NCBI RefSeq assembly: GCF_008831285.2
Contig: NC_045138.2
Coordinates: 36,208,001-36,272,000 of the forward strand
Origin: Nymphaea colorata
Lineage: Eukaryota
DNA length: 64,000 nt
Direction: 5' to 3'
The number at the start of each line of letters is the position of its first letter. Position 1 is the stretch's first letter. This document shows, piece by piece, positions 38,043 through 52,200 of the stretch. Made by a program: the position numbers and the translations under genes. The notes under the pieces were generated by a model that worked only from the letters and a program-made list of their open reading frames with translations, made no database searches and had not been told where the DNA came from.

Positions 38043-41000
38043 TCAGGAAAAGGATGCGCTTGCAGTTGCTCCAGATGACTCTGCCCTGCCATTCATCTGT
38101 AAAACTTCCTTTCCGTGGCTTTCAACTTGTAGGGACCTGCTCAACCTTCTCAACCATATCTCGTAGTCCACAGGGTATGGGGTGCCGCAGAGGCTGTCAA
38201 TGTAATCCGCAAACGCTTTTAACACGGTGGAAATGTGACCAAGCTTCTGTTGGATCAAACGTTTAGACCAAGCTGACTCTCTCCACTGCAATGCAGCCTC
38301 GACAGAGTCTAATTCAGGAAGCAAGCCTCCACACAAGAAAAAGAGTAGGTAGACGAGACTCTCTGCATCCGAAGATGGACACAGCTTCCCTTCCTGAAGG
38401 GCATAACTTGAAGAATAGTGAAGATTTGTGGCTGTCTTGTCTTTATCTTCTAAGACAGCACGGCCCCATCCAACCAAAACAAAATGGCACTTTGCTCCGG
38501 AGCTAACACAGATTATGTTTTCTGGGCAAATGTCTCCGTGCCGGATTCCAGCAGTGCTAGCTGCATGGATAGCAGATAGGCAATCATGGGACAACCTGAG
38601 CACCTCCTCAGGGGTGAGCTCGACCCTCTTCACCATGCTGGATACAAATTCACCAACTGGATACATGGCAAGGATCGGGGTTCCACACCAGGGGTGATTA
38701 CAGCGATCATTGGTGCCACTCTTCGAGCACTGACCTGGGTGCACTATTCTTCCAGATGCAACAAGCTGGGGCAGGTATTTGCTTGAGAGACCCTTCTGCC
38801 TCATTACGGTGAGAATCTTGGTCTGTCTCTGGACCTGATACCATAAGTTCATTTCCTCCCATGAAGGTCCTAACCGAGATGGATGAGAACCAACATAAAG
38901 CAAGAGCAATTTCCCGGGCTCATCAAGAGAGGTTGAGCTGTATATTGGAACATCATCACTTCGTAATGCCTCGTTGATCTGAAAACCCTTCTTCCAATTA
39001 GAATCTTCCATCCACAGAATGGATCCAACTTCTAGGCTAAAGGACACCTGAGGTTCTACTTCAACCAATTCATCCCTCACTTCAACAATTTCTGATGAAT
39101 AACTTTGTTGCAGGGGCGGTGCTGAAGTTGAACTACTACCGTTGACTCGTATCTCAACTAATTGCCTCTCATTTCTTCGCTTTTGAAGACGAGAAACATG
39201 AATTCCAGCCAAATCTGCAAATGTTTTCTTTGGCGTTCCTGTGGTTAACATAATAGTATGGTAAGTAGCATGCAGTACCTGTAATGTCCCAACGTCCCCC
39301 CAGTTGGCATTACCAAGCTTATTCCAGATTCGGTCAACAGAAGAAACCATGACGCGGGAATGGTTTATTATCCAATCAGCCGCACATTCATAAACATTAT
39401 TTACATCAACCTCCATTGTGCGTACATCTCCTTCCAATTTAACCACTCCCCCATACTGGGAATCCACAATCAGAACGTACACAAAGTTAGAATCACAGAG
39501 AAGATTATATCTGCTTAGGTTTCTAGACAACAGCACACGAACAGCAAAGAACAATGCTTCACCAAGGACAGAAGGAGAAGGTTGACGATCACTCTTCGAT
39601 GAGAGGCTTGCTACGTCAGACCTCAGCAATGCTACTTCGAGAATCTCTTCCCATTTACCATATGAATGGCGACCATTATTGACAAGTAAAGCAGTCGCAC
39701 AAAGCCCTCCAGCTTTTCCATTAGCAATAACTTTTTCTGCAGGATAGAATCTAGAAGTTGAACTATGCAAACTTCCTACCAAAAATGGCATAGGCCCATC
39801 CTTATCCCAGAATGTCTCCCACAATCCCTTGGCAGCTGCATACAGGAAGTCTTCAAGTGCAAGATATGCCTTTGCTTCTACAGCATCTGAAGTTGAAGCG
39901 TAAACAGCATTTGGCATTCGAATGAGCTGCTGAAAAGAAACACCTTCCAATGCATAATCAAATTTCTGGAGCTCCTGTAACTCAAAGGGCACAATCCTTT
40001 TATTGTTTGAATACTCTGAAATTGATGGGAACCAATCCAACAGTTTCTCTGTCAGGCATTCAGGTTCAGCAAGTCTCCTGATAAACTCTTTTGCCAAAGA
40101 AAGTGAAGAACGAGACTTGCTTCCTGTTGGTGCACCAGGCTTGTGCGTTTCAGATCCAGATGTCCGTTCAGAGGATTCCCCTGCAGTCGCATCAAAACTC
40201 AGTTTCCTTTGCATAATCATACAAATGCAAGTATTTGAAAGTAAAAAATGATAGATTTATGAAATGATGCTTGATTCTACAATAAAAAAACATGAAACCA
40301 TAAATAGAAGAGCACCACTTTAAAGTTTAAACTCAACAATCATAAATGAAGGAGACTAAAGAAGACAAGCTAGATAAAGGACAGCAAAGCAGCTGAGAAC
40401 CTTTTCATTTGCCAACAGGCAACAACATGAAAGGTACTTGGTTATGTCTTTGCATGTAAAACCATAAACTCCATACATAGGCATACATTATTAAATTACA
40501 CAAATACATATATATTAAATATATGGACATATATGTGCACGAAATATGTATATATATTATATACTGCAGAAGAATATGTCAAAAGTACAAAGTAATAAGA
40601 ACCATACTGAATGAAGATAATTATAAATCATCAATAAATACATTAAATAAAGATAATTATAATTAAACAAAGGGTAATATCCAGGATATAAGATTGACAA
40701 GAGCCTTAACTGACAATTGTTCAAATATTGACTTCAACTATACAATAAAATTTTAACAAGCATCTAGTATTCAGCATTGAAAAGAAAAAGTTGCAAAAAC
40801 TGATTCCTAAATTCCTTCCGATGCAAGGTTCTCTGAATTCCTTCAATTTGTCACTCTAATAAAAGATATGTCTTTAGACTTTAAATCTAATCATCCAATT
40901 TCTTTCAAGTTTTCCGTTTTATGCTTATTATTACATATAATATATGAATTAAATATTTTATCATATAAGCATTTTCATTCTCATATTTCTCTTTCATATT

Positions 41001-42372
41001 TAATCCTAGACAAGCTTGATAATAAAGTACACAAAGATTATAAACAAACCTAGACCAATTTCCTTCAGATAGTGGTTTATATAGATGATCCTTCTTGTCA
41101 TCTGGTAAGGACCAGCCTAACCCCAGCTACAGACTTTTATCTTTTGTTTGCTTTATAAATCGAAAGTAGAACAGATTCACTAAAACAGAAGTAATATTTA
41201 CTCCAGTCTCCAATACGCATCATTTAGAGGAAGAAAGAACGAAACAAACAACATTATCATGCGAGGGAATACTAACTGATGTCACAAGGCATGGTATGCA
41301 TGTCACAGAATGTTCACATCGTATGGCACAACCATTTACCCATGCAAGGGGTTGAATCACGCCATGCAGGCCTATGAAGTATGACTCTTTCAAATGCAGA
41401 GTCTGACACAGGATTTACCACGAAAAGAAAGGAAAAGAGACAGGATAAGTTTTTTAAAACCAACAGCTATACTGCTATCACATCATTTCTCTGAAACAAG
41501 TACCCTGAACTGATTTGTAAATTTACTAAATTTTTTTCACATATTTTCCTTTAAATCATTTTTGTCGGGCAATCTACGGTTCAATCCTTATAATGTAGAA
41601 AAACTAAGTGTAAACAATAAGTCCAAACCTTCCAAAAATATCAAACCACAGAGAGAGGGAAAGACAGAGCGGGCTTATGACACCAATTGTTGAAACTTTA
41701 AGTACACACCCTTATTCTAACGTGCAACCCCTTGGACTCTAAGCTCAAAAATAGCAATATTTGTTCTACTCATTACGTTTTATGATCATTAAACAGTTGA
41801 TAACCTTTGACGAGCAAAGTGCAACCACGTCCCATTTCAAATCCATTTCCAATATTTGGAAGTCATGGCAGTTGAATTTGCAGTAGCTCAGAGCTCAATT
41901 GGAGAAAATTTATACAAGTTTAGTTACTTTCAGAATAGCAATAATATAAAATACGAAGGCTGTTCTGATAGCGAGAGAATTGCTAAACATCTCATCTGAA
42001 GAACACAATAAATTAGTAGATTTAACCAAAATTTGACTTCATATCTTAACACCCGGAAAAGGAGAACGCGATATTTTCACGGTATCTTCTCTTTTTGAAA
42101 AAAAAAAAAAACATTGTCAAAAAAATACTAATGTGATAAAATTGTATTTTAGTGATAATACATAAGCTTTCATATCCCCACGTTTTTCCTGATAGAGGGC
42201 ATGCTCATTTGTGTAGTTGACATGCGAACACACACGCACAGCCAATAACTAAAACTTCAATTATCAAGTAAAAAGTCAGCCTTCCTATGTCAAAGAGGCA
42301 AACGTAATACAATGAAAAGGCAAACTTAATGCCTAAGGATTGAGTAACACAAAAAGAATCACCTGACGTCAT
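38043..42372 (-). CDS. Plant protein kinase-like (PKL-fold) protein, probable pseudokinase (At2g40980-like)
   Basis: Main exon 40180-38043. A 10-nt coding exon 42372-42363 (ATGACGTCAG|gt) splices in frame to give MTSGESSER. Motifs LQKFDYALEGVSFQQLIRMP, WNKLGNANWGDVGTLQ, HGDICPENI, SSSYALQEGKLCP. A 5' UTR donor lies near 43128. Confidence 0.85.
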
Positions 42373-43959
42373 CGTTGTTTAGACCCGCACTCCCAATTCA
42401 CTTCATCCGAATTCTGATCATGGAGCTACAGAAAGATAAAATAAGAGAAAGAGATAGTTTTTAGACTCACATCCCAACAAAAGGCGAAATCCAAACAGCC
42501 AATGTCCCAAAGGTTGATGTATCAGAAAATAGTTATCTCTACTGTGTTGAAAGGCAAATTCACAGGATCACCGCTGCGTGAAGATGATCCAGTTCCGGAC
42601 GTTTACAGGATACATTTAAAGATAAAAACAAGCAACATATCGAAGCTCTTGTAAAAAATAACGCGCTAAATTATTTTCGTTCTGCAGCTTCTGCGTACGG
42701 CGTTTCGCAGCATTTAATGCATGTAATGCACAAACATTAATAATGGTTTTCTCAATTTTCCAATCTCTTTAAATTACATTTTCTCGTAGCAAAGGTTTTA
42801 ATTTTCCCGACGAAAAAATTTCGTTCTTCCAAAATCGACAACATTTTCTTCTGAAATCGAAGGACAAAAGGCTAGGGTTTCATCACGAAATCCAGCATAC
42901 GTATTAAAAACAAAACCTCAACGACGACACGACAAAAGCAACATCTCAAACTCCACCGGAACTCAAATCACCCGCATCCCTCCGGCAAATCAAATTCCAT
43001 CACCCTATGGAACAATAAAACGACGATTACAAAGATTTAGGGCTCCCGAAAGAGATCGCAAGGAAGGAAGAAATAGGAAGGCGTTCTCGCTGCGAAAAAA
43101 TCGTTAATAGACAATAGATAGTACTTACGCAGCAGGAGATGGTCAATGAGGAGAGTGGAAAAGAACCTGCCGGAAAGAAGCTTCGGAGAGAGAGAGAGAG
43201 AGAGGGGTTCGAGGGTTTCACTCTCCACTCCACTCTCTTCTCTTTCCCCCTCCCTTTCTCTCTCTCTCTCTCTTTTGATTCTCTCTCTTGATTTTAAAAT
43301 TAAGGCACTTTTCAGATCGGCACCATCTACACTTACTTATTTAACAACAATCACTAATATTTAAAAATTTCCAGATGAAGGGCTCAGCTATAAAACCAGT
43401 TTTTTTTTCTTTTCAATTAATTAGCAGCAGACACTGCCTCTAATGCAGGTCTCCATATTGGCCTTACAATTTTTAAAGCGTGTTATTAATGCTAACCAAT
43501 TGCTTGTGTCGACGAAGTCAATGAATTATACGTTATTCATCTGACGCCTTTAATTTATTAACCTTCTTTCTATCCATCTTTGATATTTCAAATGCATTTT
43601 TAGTGTTAAAAGAGTCAATGAGTTATACAAAGTTCATAAATATAAGTGATGAGGTATGAAACACTCTACCTTGCTGCCCAACTCTCTAAAAATAGTCTAT
43701 CCACTTGCTTATCATGAGTAGACTTGTTAAGCCATCTCAAACTTTTCTGCTAAAAGAAATCATGTAAAATTATAAAATATAAAGATTATAGTCAAGGGCG
43801 AATCCTTAATTTACAAATTATACGAACATTGTAGCCATGTTCTCAAATTATAGTCAAATTGTCATGCCATCAGATAATTTCCCTTTTCCGTGACGGCGAA
43901 GGCGGTTATTTGTTGATCTTATCACTCGGTGCTAATTGTCCCTCGCTTTTGATCTTAAA

Positions 43960-44360
43960 CGGGTCGGGTCGGTGATGGGTCATGGACTCCAGACTGAAAA
44001 CCCGTACTTGTCCCGTTGCCAGCTGGGATCCAAACTCATTTATTCAATCGGATCCAATACAAACAGATTCCAACTTGAGTCGAGCTAACTCGTGTGTGGC
44101 TCGCTCAGCTCGTGTTGATACTTATTTTTTAAAAAATCGTCAAAAAAAGGCACAGATACATCAATGATGTTATATTATTAGAAAGGATTTAAATTAATGA
44201 ATACATGTTTTAATTTACCCGACTTGAGCTTTAAATGAAGCAAGCTCGATTCCTTGAATTAAGTGAGTTGGGCTTTTAAGTCAAAGTCGACCAATTTAAT
44301 AACCGAGTCGAACTTAGAGGAATCGAGCTTGAGCAGCTGGGCTCTTTATGCTCCGCACTA
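43960..44360. mobile_element. Degenerate MITE-like remnant(s)
   Basis: Clustered cgggtcgggtc, gagtcgagct, aagctcga and accgagtcgaac subterminal-type motifs around an AT-rich core. No clean TIR or TSD. Confidence 0.35.
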
Positions 44361-44619
44361 GGCTTGAGCAAGGGCACCGACTCCATGTTAATGGTGGCTT
44401 CTGCCTTTGAACCTGGGAGATTTGTTCATGGACGTAAGAGCTAAGTGATCTAAGAAAGTATATGATAAAAATACTTGATCATGTGGAGCTTTCCATCATA
44501 TTGCAATTTCAGAATTTTGTATTGAATTGGCCCAGCTTTTACTTGTCGCGTGAGCAATAATAAGAAAAGCCCATTCATGGCTTAGTACTAATAAAAAAAT
44601 CCTAATTGAGAGCATAAGG

Positions 44620-44860
44620 GGCCCGTCGCTAAGGTTGGTTGGGCATCAGGTTGAATCGTCAGATATCTGGCCCCACTTGGAACCATATTGTTTTTTAATA
44701 TATATTTTACAATATTTTATAACGTTTTTTAATATTTATATATTATTTTATATTAAAATATATATTTTATAAATGTAATCGGGCCGGGCTTGAGCCCGAT
44801 GTTGGACTCGAGCTTAGGTTTCGGGTGTCGGGCCAGCCCCAATGCTCAGACGACTTACCA
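44620..44860. mobile_element. Degenerate MITE-like remnant
   Basis: GC-rich gggccgggcttgagcccg and cgggccagccc arms flank a very AT-rich core. Confidence 0.35.
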
Positions 44861-45052
44861 GTAACCTATTTTCCTCGCCACCCTTGGTCTTAGCCATCAT
44901 CGTGGGCCTACCAAACTGTCTGGCTCTTTTGGCTCCGGCTCCAAGTAAGATAACTTCCATTTATCGAATACTCTTACACATATGTGATTATATATCTTTT
45001 GTGTGAATAATAAAATCTAAAACTTTCTATTTTGTAGGGCAACACAGCACTT

Positions 45053-45517
45053 GGGGAGTGTTTAATTGCCACGGATTTCAATCACTGGGGCTTGAGAGCT
45101 AAGATTAGACCCTTTCTCATACAATCTTAAGCATGATTTGAGATCACTGCAGATCTTAGTTCCATGATTATGAGGTCCACCTCGATTCTGCACTTGTTAC
45201 AATGTAACACATGGATTTGAGATCCACTAATGCTGAAATCCATAGTATGTTAAGTTGCCATTAATTTTAGATCCTCTCAAAAGGGGATTCTGAGATTCGT
45301 GCGAAACTGAAACACAACCTAAACGAGACATTTTCTGAATGCAAAATGTAGATTGCAGGTCAGATCTAAAACACAAATCTAAAACACAACCAAGGATTTC
45401 AAATGTAGATTGCAGGTCAGATCTACAACACAAATCTTTTACCACATCTGCAAAAGCATATGATGTCCCATCCACACAAGATCCATAAATTTTAAATCAC
45501 AAGTAATCAAACGGCCC
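45053..45517. mobile_element. Tourist-like MITE (degenerate)
   Basis: Left end GGAGTGTTTAATTG..GGATTT vs right end, reverse-complemented, GGGCCGTTTGATTA..TGATTT. Contains a duplicated aaatgtagattgcaggtcagatcta motif. Confidence 0.55.
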
Positions 45518-46257
45518 ACTGAGTCGTGAAAGTTAGTAAATTGGTCAAACATCAGGGGTTTAATATCTATGATCACTGCCCACGACTGGAAGATTGAAGT
45601 TGTATCCATGCATATAATTCCCAATGTCTTTCATGGTTAAATGCTCATATTGCTTTTATATTGTCGAACATACAAGCATACATCGATGATAAATATAAAA
45701 ATAAGATGAATTTGAGATCAAATTACCTTTGTTTGAGTCGTTCTACTAAGAGAACGCACTAGTGTGATCTTATGAACAAAGTAATAATTAAAGGAAAAAG
45801 TTGTCTCGACTATACTATGCACTTAGACGTGTGTTACACTCTCATTTATATTAAAGGTTGGTTTGTTGGAATTGTGAGGGTCAACTTATTTACAACATTA
45901 GGTTTGTAATAGGACGCCTCACCAAAGAGCGAAAAGTTGTAATTTCCCGCGTTTTTGAGAAATTATGTAGGTAGAGGGGACTCTTCCGAAAATTTCCTTC
46001 ACCGCCCTTTACTCCGCTCGTCGTGTAGAACATTGTGGGGGGAAGAGAGAGAGAGAGGGTTTAGGATCAGTTCGTCTGGTCCCCGTCTGAGAGAAAGCGG
46101 GAGAGTTCAGGCGAAAGAGGGGGAGTGCAGTTTTTTCTTTCTTGTTCGCGCTGGTATTTGTAGCCCCGGCGATCGTCCTTCTCGTTGTCTCATTGTTCTC
46201 AAAGTGCGATTCCGCTTGCGTTGATTCGTTTCGGAGGCGGGGAGAAGTTTACCAAAC

Positions 46258-49200
46258 ATGGGTTCTGGTAAGGTTTTCGTCCTTTCGATTAGCATTGCTT
46301 TCCTACAAAGTTTAAGGGTTTCATCCGTTGGTGTTGGCCCTTTATCCTGTATGAAGCCCCGATATTCTAGGGCTCTTGTAATTCATGTTTAAGAACTAAT
46401 GGCTAATGTATCTCGTGATGTGAGATTTTCCTTTTTTGTTTCTGGTTTAGAATTTGTTGCTTCTCTATGTGGACTTACTTGAATAAATAAGAATTTTGGG
46501 CTATCGCTGCAGTACTCGCTCCCATTTCTCTCTCTCTCTCACTTTCATGATTTTTTGATGTTTCTGTTTGATTCGTTTTAGTAGTGCACGTTGTTTTAAG
46601 CGCTTGCCTTGTTTCTTTTCTCTGTACCTGACTTGTTTCGTTGTTGGTGTGATATGTTAAGAATTGAAACTATTTGTACACCTCTTCAGATGCTGATATG
46701 GAGGATTACGGATTCGAATATTCGGAAGAGGAGCCGGAGGAGCAGGATGTCGATATTGAGAATCAGTATTATAATTCCAAGGGTAAATTCCGTATTTTCA
46801 TTGTTGTCAGTACAGTTGATTTATGAGGTTAGTTTATTCACTAACCATTACGCCACTGCCATAAATTATGTTATGATCCATTTTATCTTCACGTATTTAT
46901 ACCCGTCAAGGATCCCGCGGTGACACTTTAAAATGGGATTTTTTTTGGAGAAAATGTGAAATTGAAGAAAATAGGACATAAGCATTTTAATATCTCATTG
47001 CCCGTCTTCTTTGTATTTGATTAGTTGGTATTGAATATTTTATCTTTTACTTAAGATTGAACCTGCTTCAGAGGTTCTCGTTTCGGAAATTGACCTTCAA
47101 CTTCTATAAGTGATGCCTCCACAGAAGGTTAAAGATATTTTTGTATGGGGATTAAAATCATACTTTTAAAGGTCCATATAGTGTTCCATACCGTCCATTT
47201 TTGTACCATTGAGTAAGCAATTGGAAAAGTTACTTTGTACATTTTGTTTGTAGGCAATCGCATATTCATGCGCTTTCTGGAAATATACTTGTTTGTTAAC
47301 TACGGTTGCTCCACGCAAAGAGTGCCACATCTAGGCTGTTAGGGGTCAAGCCTAGAGATGCTCAGTTGCAATCTAGCAATTAGTGCATGAATTTCCTGAA
47401 TCGGTAACGTCTTTAGTAAAAATAGCATGTGCCTTTTCAGGAAAAGGTTTTTGACTGAGTGTCCTATGAAGAGTGCCCATCTGTGTCGGTATATTGAATT
47501 TGTTCTGATTAGCCTGCTTGTTCTTTGTCGAGTCAAAATGTGACATGGTTGACAGTAACGGCTACATTTGTACTTTCCAGCAGCTTAGCACGTCTTTCTT
47601 TCAAGGGATAGGAATATTGATGCTCTAGAGATAGAGGGCGCTAAAAGAAAAAGGGTGTATTTGAAATAATAAACTTCAATTATAAGCAGTACTATGTAAT
47701 TGCTTGTCATATGTAATTATAAAATTAACGATCAGATAAAAGGATTTAAAGGGTCAAAGTTATATTATGAAAAACCTATACTGCAGATGGTGAAGAATAA
47801 GAAGATGTGGTTGTCTCACTGTCACAGATATTGCAAGATTTTCGAAAATCTCATGATATTTATGAGAAAAAAAGTAAAACAAAAATATTGGGAAAATCTC
47901 GCCAAAAATGAGTATCTCACAGTTCACACAATTTTTTGGTGACTTTATTGCTTTTTTTTTGGGGATTATTAGTTTCTCATTTATTTTATTTTTTCAAAAT
48001 TTTTATGATCTTTTATTTTTCCAGAGATTTTCCTGAATTTTTCTCGATAAAAACAATTTCACCAATAAAACCTCGCTGATATTTTCCCGAGGACGATACT
48101 ACTTTGTCTTTGATTCTTTCGGCATCCAAATAGTGTACACATTTATTTTTGGCCTCTTTCGCATTTATCATAGACGTAAAAGGATTGATGTGGGGTATAA
48201 AGGGCTTCACCATGTGTGTGACCATCCAACCTTTTCCTTGGATTTAACTGTTTCTATGGCTTGGCTTAGATTATTTTTTCCATTTCTTTTTCAGTTGCTA
48301 TTGTGTTCTTTTTCTCTGTGTGCCTGCTTTCCTGTCTTTGTTTGTGGTGATGTCTCATGGCAAATCATCAAGACATGACATGTTCATGAAACAATAATGA
48401 TGATTTGTTATTCATGTGTTGCACTATCTTTCTTTTCTATTATCACATTGTATCCTGTTTTTCTCCTCATTCCTTGGAGAGAGGGTCATAATTACATTGT
48501 TTTTCAGGCTTAGTTGAAACTGATCCTGAGGGAGCTCTTTCTGGATTTGCTGAGGTGGTTCAGATGGAGCCAGAAAAAGCAGAGTGGTACTTATCTATGC
48601 TTGAAACTAATGCTTGGTTAATTTATGAATTCATTATATGGCTGGTTGGGCATGAACACCACATGGTTAGAGTTTATACTTTATACAGTTAGACTCAACT
48701 AATAGAATCTAAAGCTGCATGTTAGAAACTTAGATGCAATCATGCAACAGAGATTCCATAAAATGTTTTAACTGGTAATTTAGTTAATTATCATATTGTG
48801 TAGGATGTTCCTCATCTGACTTTCTTTTTCATGTCATTCCTAAGAGTGCTATTCTGAAATTCGGAAAGCCTACTTGAAGTATTCTATGTTTGGGATTCAT
48901 TTCCATCAATAAAATGATGCTGTACTTTATTAAGCATAGGTTGCCTGGGTTGCATTATGTAACTTATCTATTGTCAATATAGCGAATGTTCAGTTATACT
49001 CTTTTTAGATAATTACTCTTCTAGTAATGTTTACAAATTGCTGCTTGCTAAGCTCATACAAAGCCCTTATGAACTGCTATTTGCTTATACTAGACCTTGG
49101 ATAATGAGAAAAGGGAGAAAAATAATAATTTTTTAAGCCAGTGCTGACTTGCATTCTTGTTCCAAAGAGATTTTGACTGTAACATTTCATTTTTGTGCAT

Positions 49201-52200
49201 GTCCACGCCAGCGAATTTGTTCTATGTTTTGTTGGGGTTGTGCATCTCCGCTTACCTGATATCCTTCGTGGCTGATTGCTTATGGAACCTTTAACCTTTT
49301 GGTTGTTTTATCTGACCTTTGTATTACTGGTGGATCATAATCAAATCCAAGTCTTAGTTTAAGGTTTACTATGCATGTTTTATTTTTTTAAAAATGTATC
49401 ACTGTGTACTTAGATGGTTTGCATATCTTCAGGGGATTTAAAGCTCTTAAGCAAACTGTGAAGCTCTACTATCGGTTGGGAAGATATAAGGAGATGATGG
49501 ATGCATACAGGGAGATGCTAACATATATCAAATCAGCTGTGACCCGGAATTACAGTGAGAAGTGCATAAACAACATAATGGATTATGTTTCTGGATCAGC
49601 AAGCCAGAACTTTGGGCTTTTGCAAGAGTTTTACCAAACAACTTTGAGGGCCCTTGAAGAGGCAAAGAATGAGGTTGAATTATAACCTGAACTTGGCATA
49701 TGTTTGTCATTTCAGCGGACAATCTTACGAGATATTCTCTGCTGTGTTTACTGCAGAGACTTTGGTTTAAGACAAATCTTAAGCTTTGCAAGATTTGGTT
49801 TGATATGGGTGAGTATGGGCGTATGAACAAGGTAAGGAATCACATCATTGAATTGAATGGCTTGATTTCTTTCTTAGCTCTGCTTTAATGATACTTTTTC
49901 ACCATAGATATTGAAAGAGCTGCATAAATCCTGCCGAAAAGAAGATGGTAGTGATGACCAGAAGAAAGGCACACAACTTCTGGAGGTCTATGCTATAGAA
50001 ATCCAGATGTATACCGAGACAAAAAACAACAAAAAGCTTAAGGTAGAGCTTCATTCCTTTCCTACAAAGTGGTTTTCAAAAATTATGCCTGAGTCCTTGT
50101 ATAAATAGTATTGCATTAACTAGAATTAGGGAGTAACTAACAATATTAGTGTTTGTTGCATCCAAATTATATTTAGCAGCACTAGGTACAGGTCTGTAAC
50201 ATTTTTTTATTTTTTTTGGTAATACGTTGAAGCCTAATTTCATATAATTAAGGAAAGGACATAGAAAACAGAAAAACTAGAACAAGTTAATGTGGAATCT
50301 ATACAGTTACACAAGAAAAGAGAATCTCCTGAAGTTCTCATGGGAATAATTTTTTTTTTCCACATGATTGCAACACCACCTTAGCAAATTTCAATTGACA
50401 ATTGCCAATTTTCATGTAAAAATATTCTTACTCTAAATAATGATACATTTTTGGATTACTTTGCTGAGCTGATAAATTCAGTGGAGTTTTAGAAGTATTT
50501 GATTTTAGAGATTCTCGAAACAGACACTTGATGTTGCTTATACAGTTTTGTTTGTCATTGTATCTTGCTAGCAATAAGCTCTTGTTGGTAGTTGTAAAGA
50601 TTTTTATGTTTTGGAAATCCATGCCTCGAAAATAATTTGAGAATTTTGCCTTGTTCATATTTTCTAAAGCATCTTTTGCGGCTTATTTTTATATTGAGTA
50701 TGTGTGAACCTCTCTCTCTCTCTCTCTCTCTTTCTCTCTGTTTGCATGTGTGTGTTTGTGTGCATGCATGCACACAGATGCATGTGGGTAATGACAAACA
50801 ATTGTCACATGATTGGGTCTGTTAATTTTCTTTTTTGTTGTATAATAATGTTTTATTGGTAGCAATGTTCATCAATACTATTGAATGGTGAATGGAAGAA
50901 AATCATCAATTGTTGAGTTACCAACTATATGGTGCAGTTTATATATACAACTCAAATGCATGTGGTTTTAGTTCACTTGGGACTCATTAGATCAAATGAG
51001 TATGATGAATCTAGATTTTCCATATGGCTTGTTATGGGTTGAGTTATGAAGATTCAAGCTGATTGGCCATTTCTAGTTTAATCTTATTTTGATCCAAGAT
51101 TCCAAAAGTAGCTTAACTCTGGGGGCCTTCCCAACTGGTGTCTCTATTGGATCTGAACTCATACAAGAAGGTTCAAATGCAGTGTGGCTCTTTCAATAGT
51201 CTATATTGTATCCTGAGTTGACTTTGGATCGTCTTCTTAAACTCGCAGATTGTAGTGGTTTTTTAAGTTGAACCCAACCATCAATCTATGCTTGGTTTTG
51301 CTTTTGCTTTTGGATCATCATCTAAATTAAGTTGAATTATGATGATGTACAGTTACTAAACAGGAAAAGTTGAACATGTTGTTGATACTCATTGACTATA
51401 TATTTTTTACATTCCAAGAATAGATAACACAATTGCGTTGCTTAAAATGAACAAAAAAGAAGCAGCTTACATATGCATCTACTCCAAATGTCTGAGCTGT
51501 ATAATCTTTGCAGCAACTATATCAGAAAGCACTTTCAATTAAGTCTGCAATACCTCATCCTCGGATAATGGGAATTATTCATGAATGTGGAGGGAAAATG
51601 CATATGGCCGAACGTCAATGGGCTGAAGCTGCAACAGATTTTTTTGAAGCTTTCAGGAATTATGACGAGGCTGGGAATCACCGGCGCATTCAGTGCTTAA
51701 AGTATGTTTCAACTCCTGAAGAAAGCTCTGTCAATGGTCTGATAATGCTTGAGGTTTTCTTTTCTCGCAATTTTCTAATATAGGTTCCTGAATGGTGCTA
51801 CCGATCAACCATAGGTATTTGGTCCTGGCGAACATGCTAATGGAGTCTGAAGTGAACCCTTTTGATGGGCAAGAGGCAAAACCGTAAGAATACCTTCCAG
51901 ATGTTTGAAAAGTTATTTATTCCATGCTGGCCTGGTGCTTTATGGACTTTGTCTATCTTGCAGTTACAAGAATGACCCAGAAATATTGGCAATGACGAAT
52001 CTAATAGCAGCCTATCAACGCAATGAGATTTTTGAGTTTGAGAAGATTCTCAAGGTTGAGAATTTCTTGTTCGCCAAAGCTGAAACAGCTTGGAAGTTCC
52101 AATTGTTTTTTTTTTTTGACATCTGCTGATTGTTGATGAAAAATTTCAGAGCAATCGGAGAACGATAATGGATGACCCATTTATCAGGAACTATATTGAA

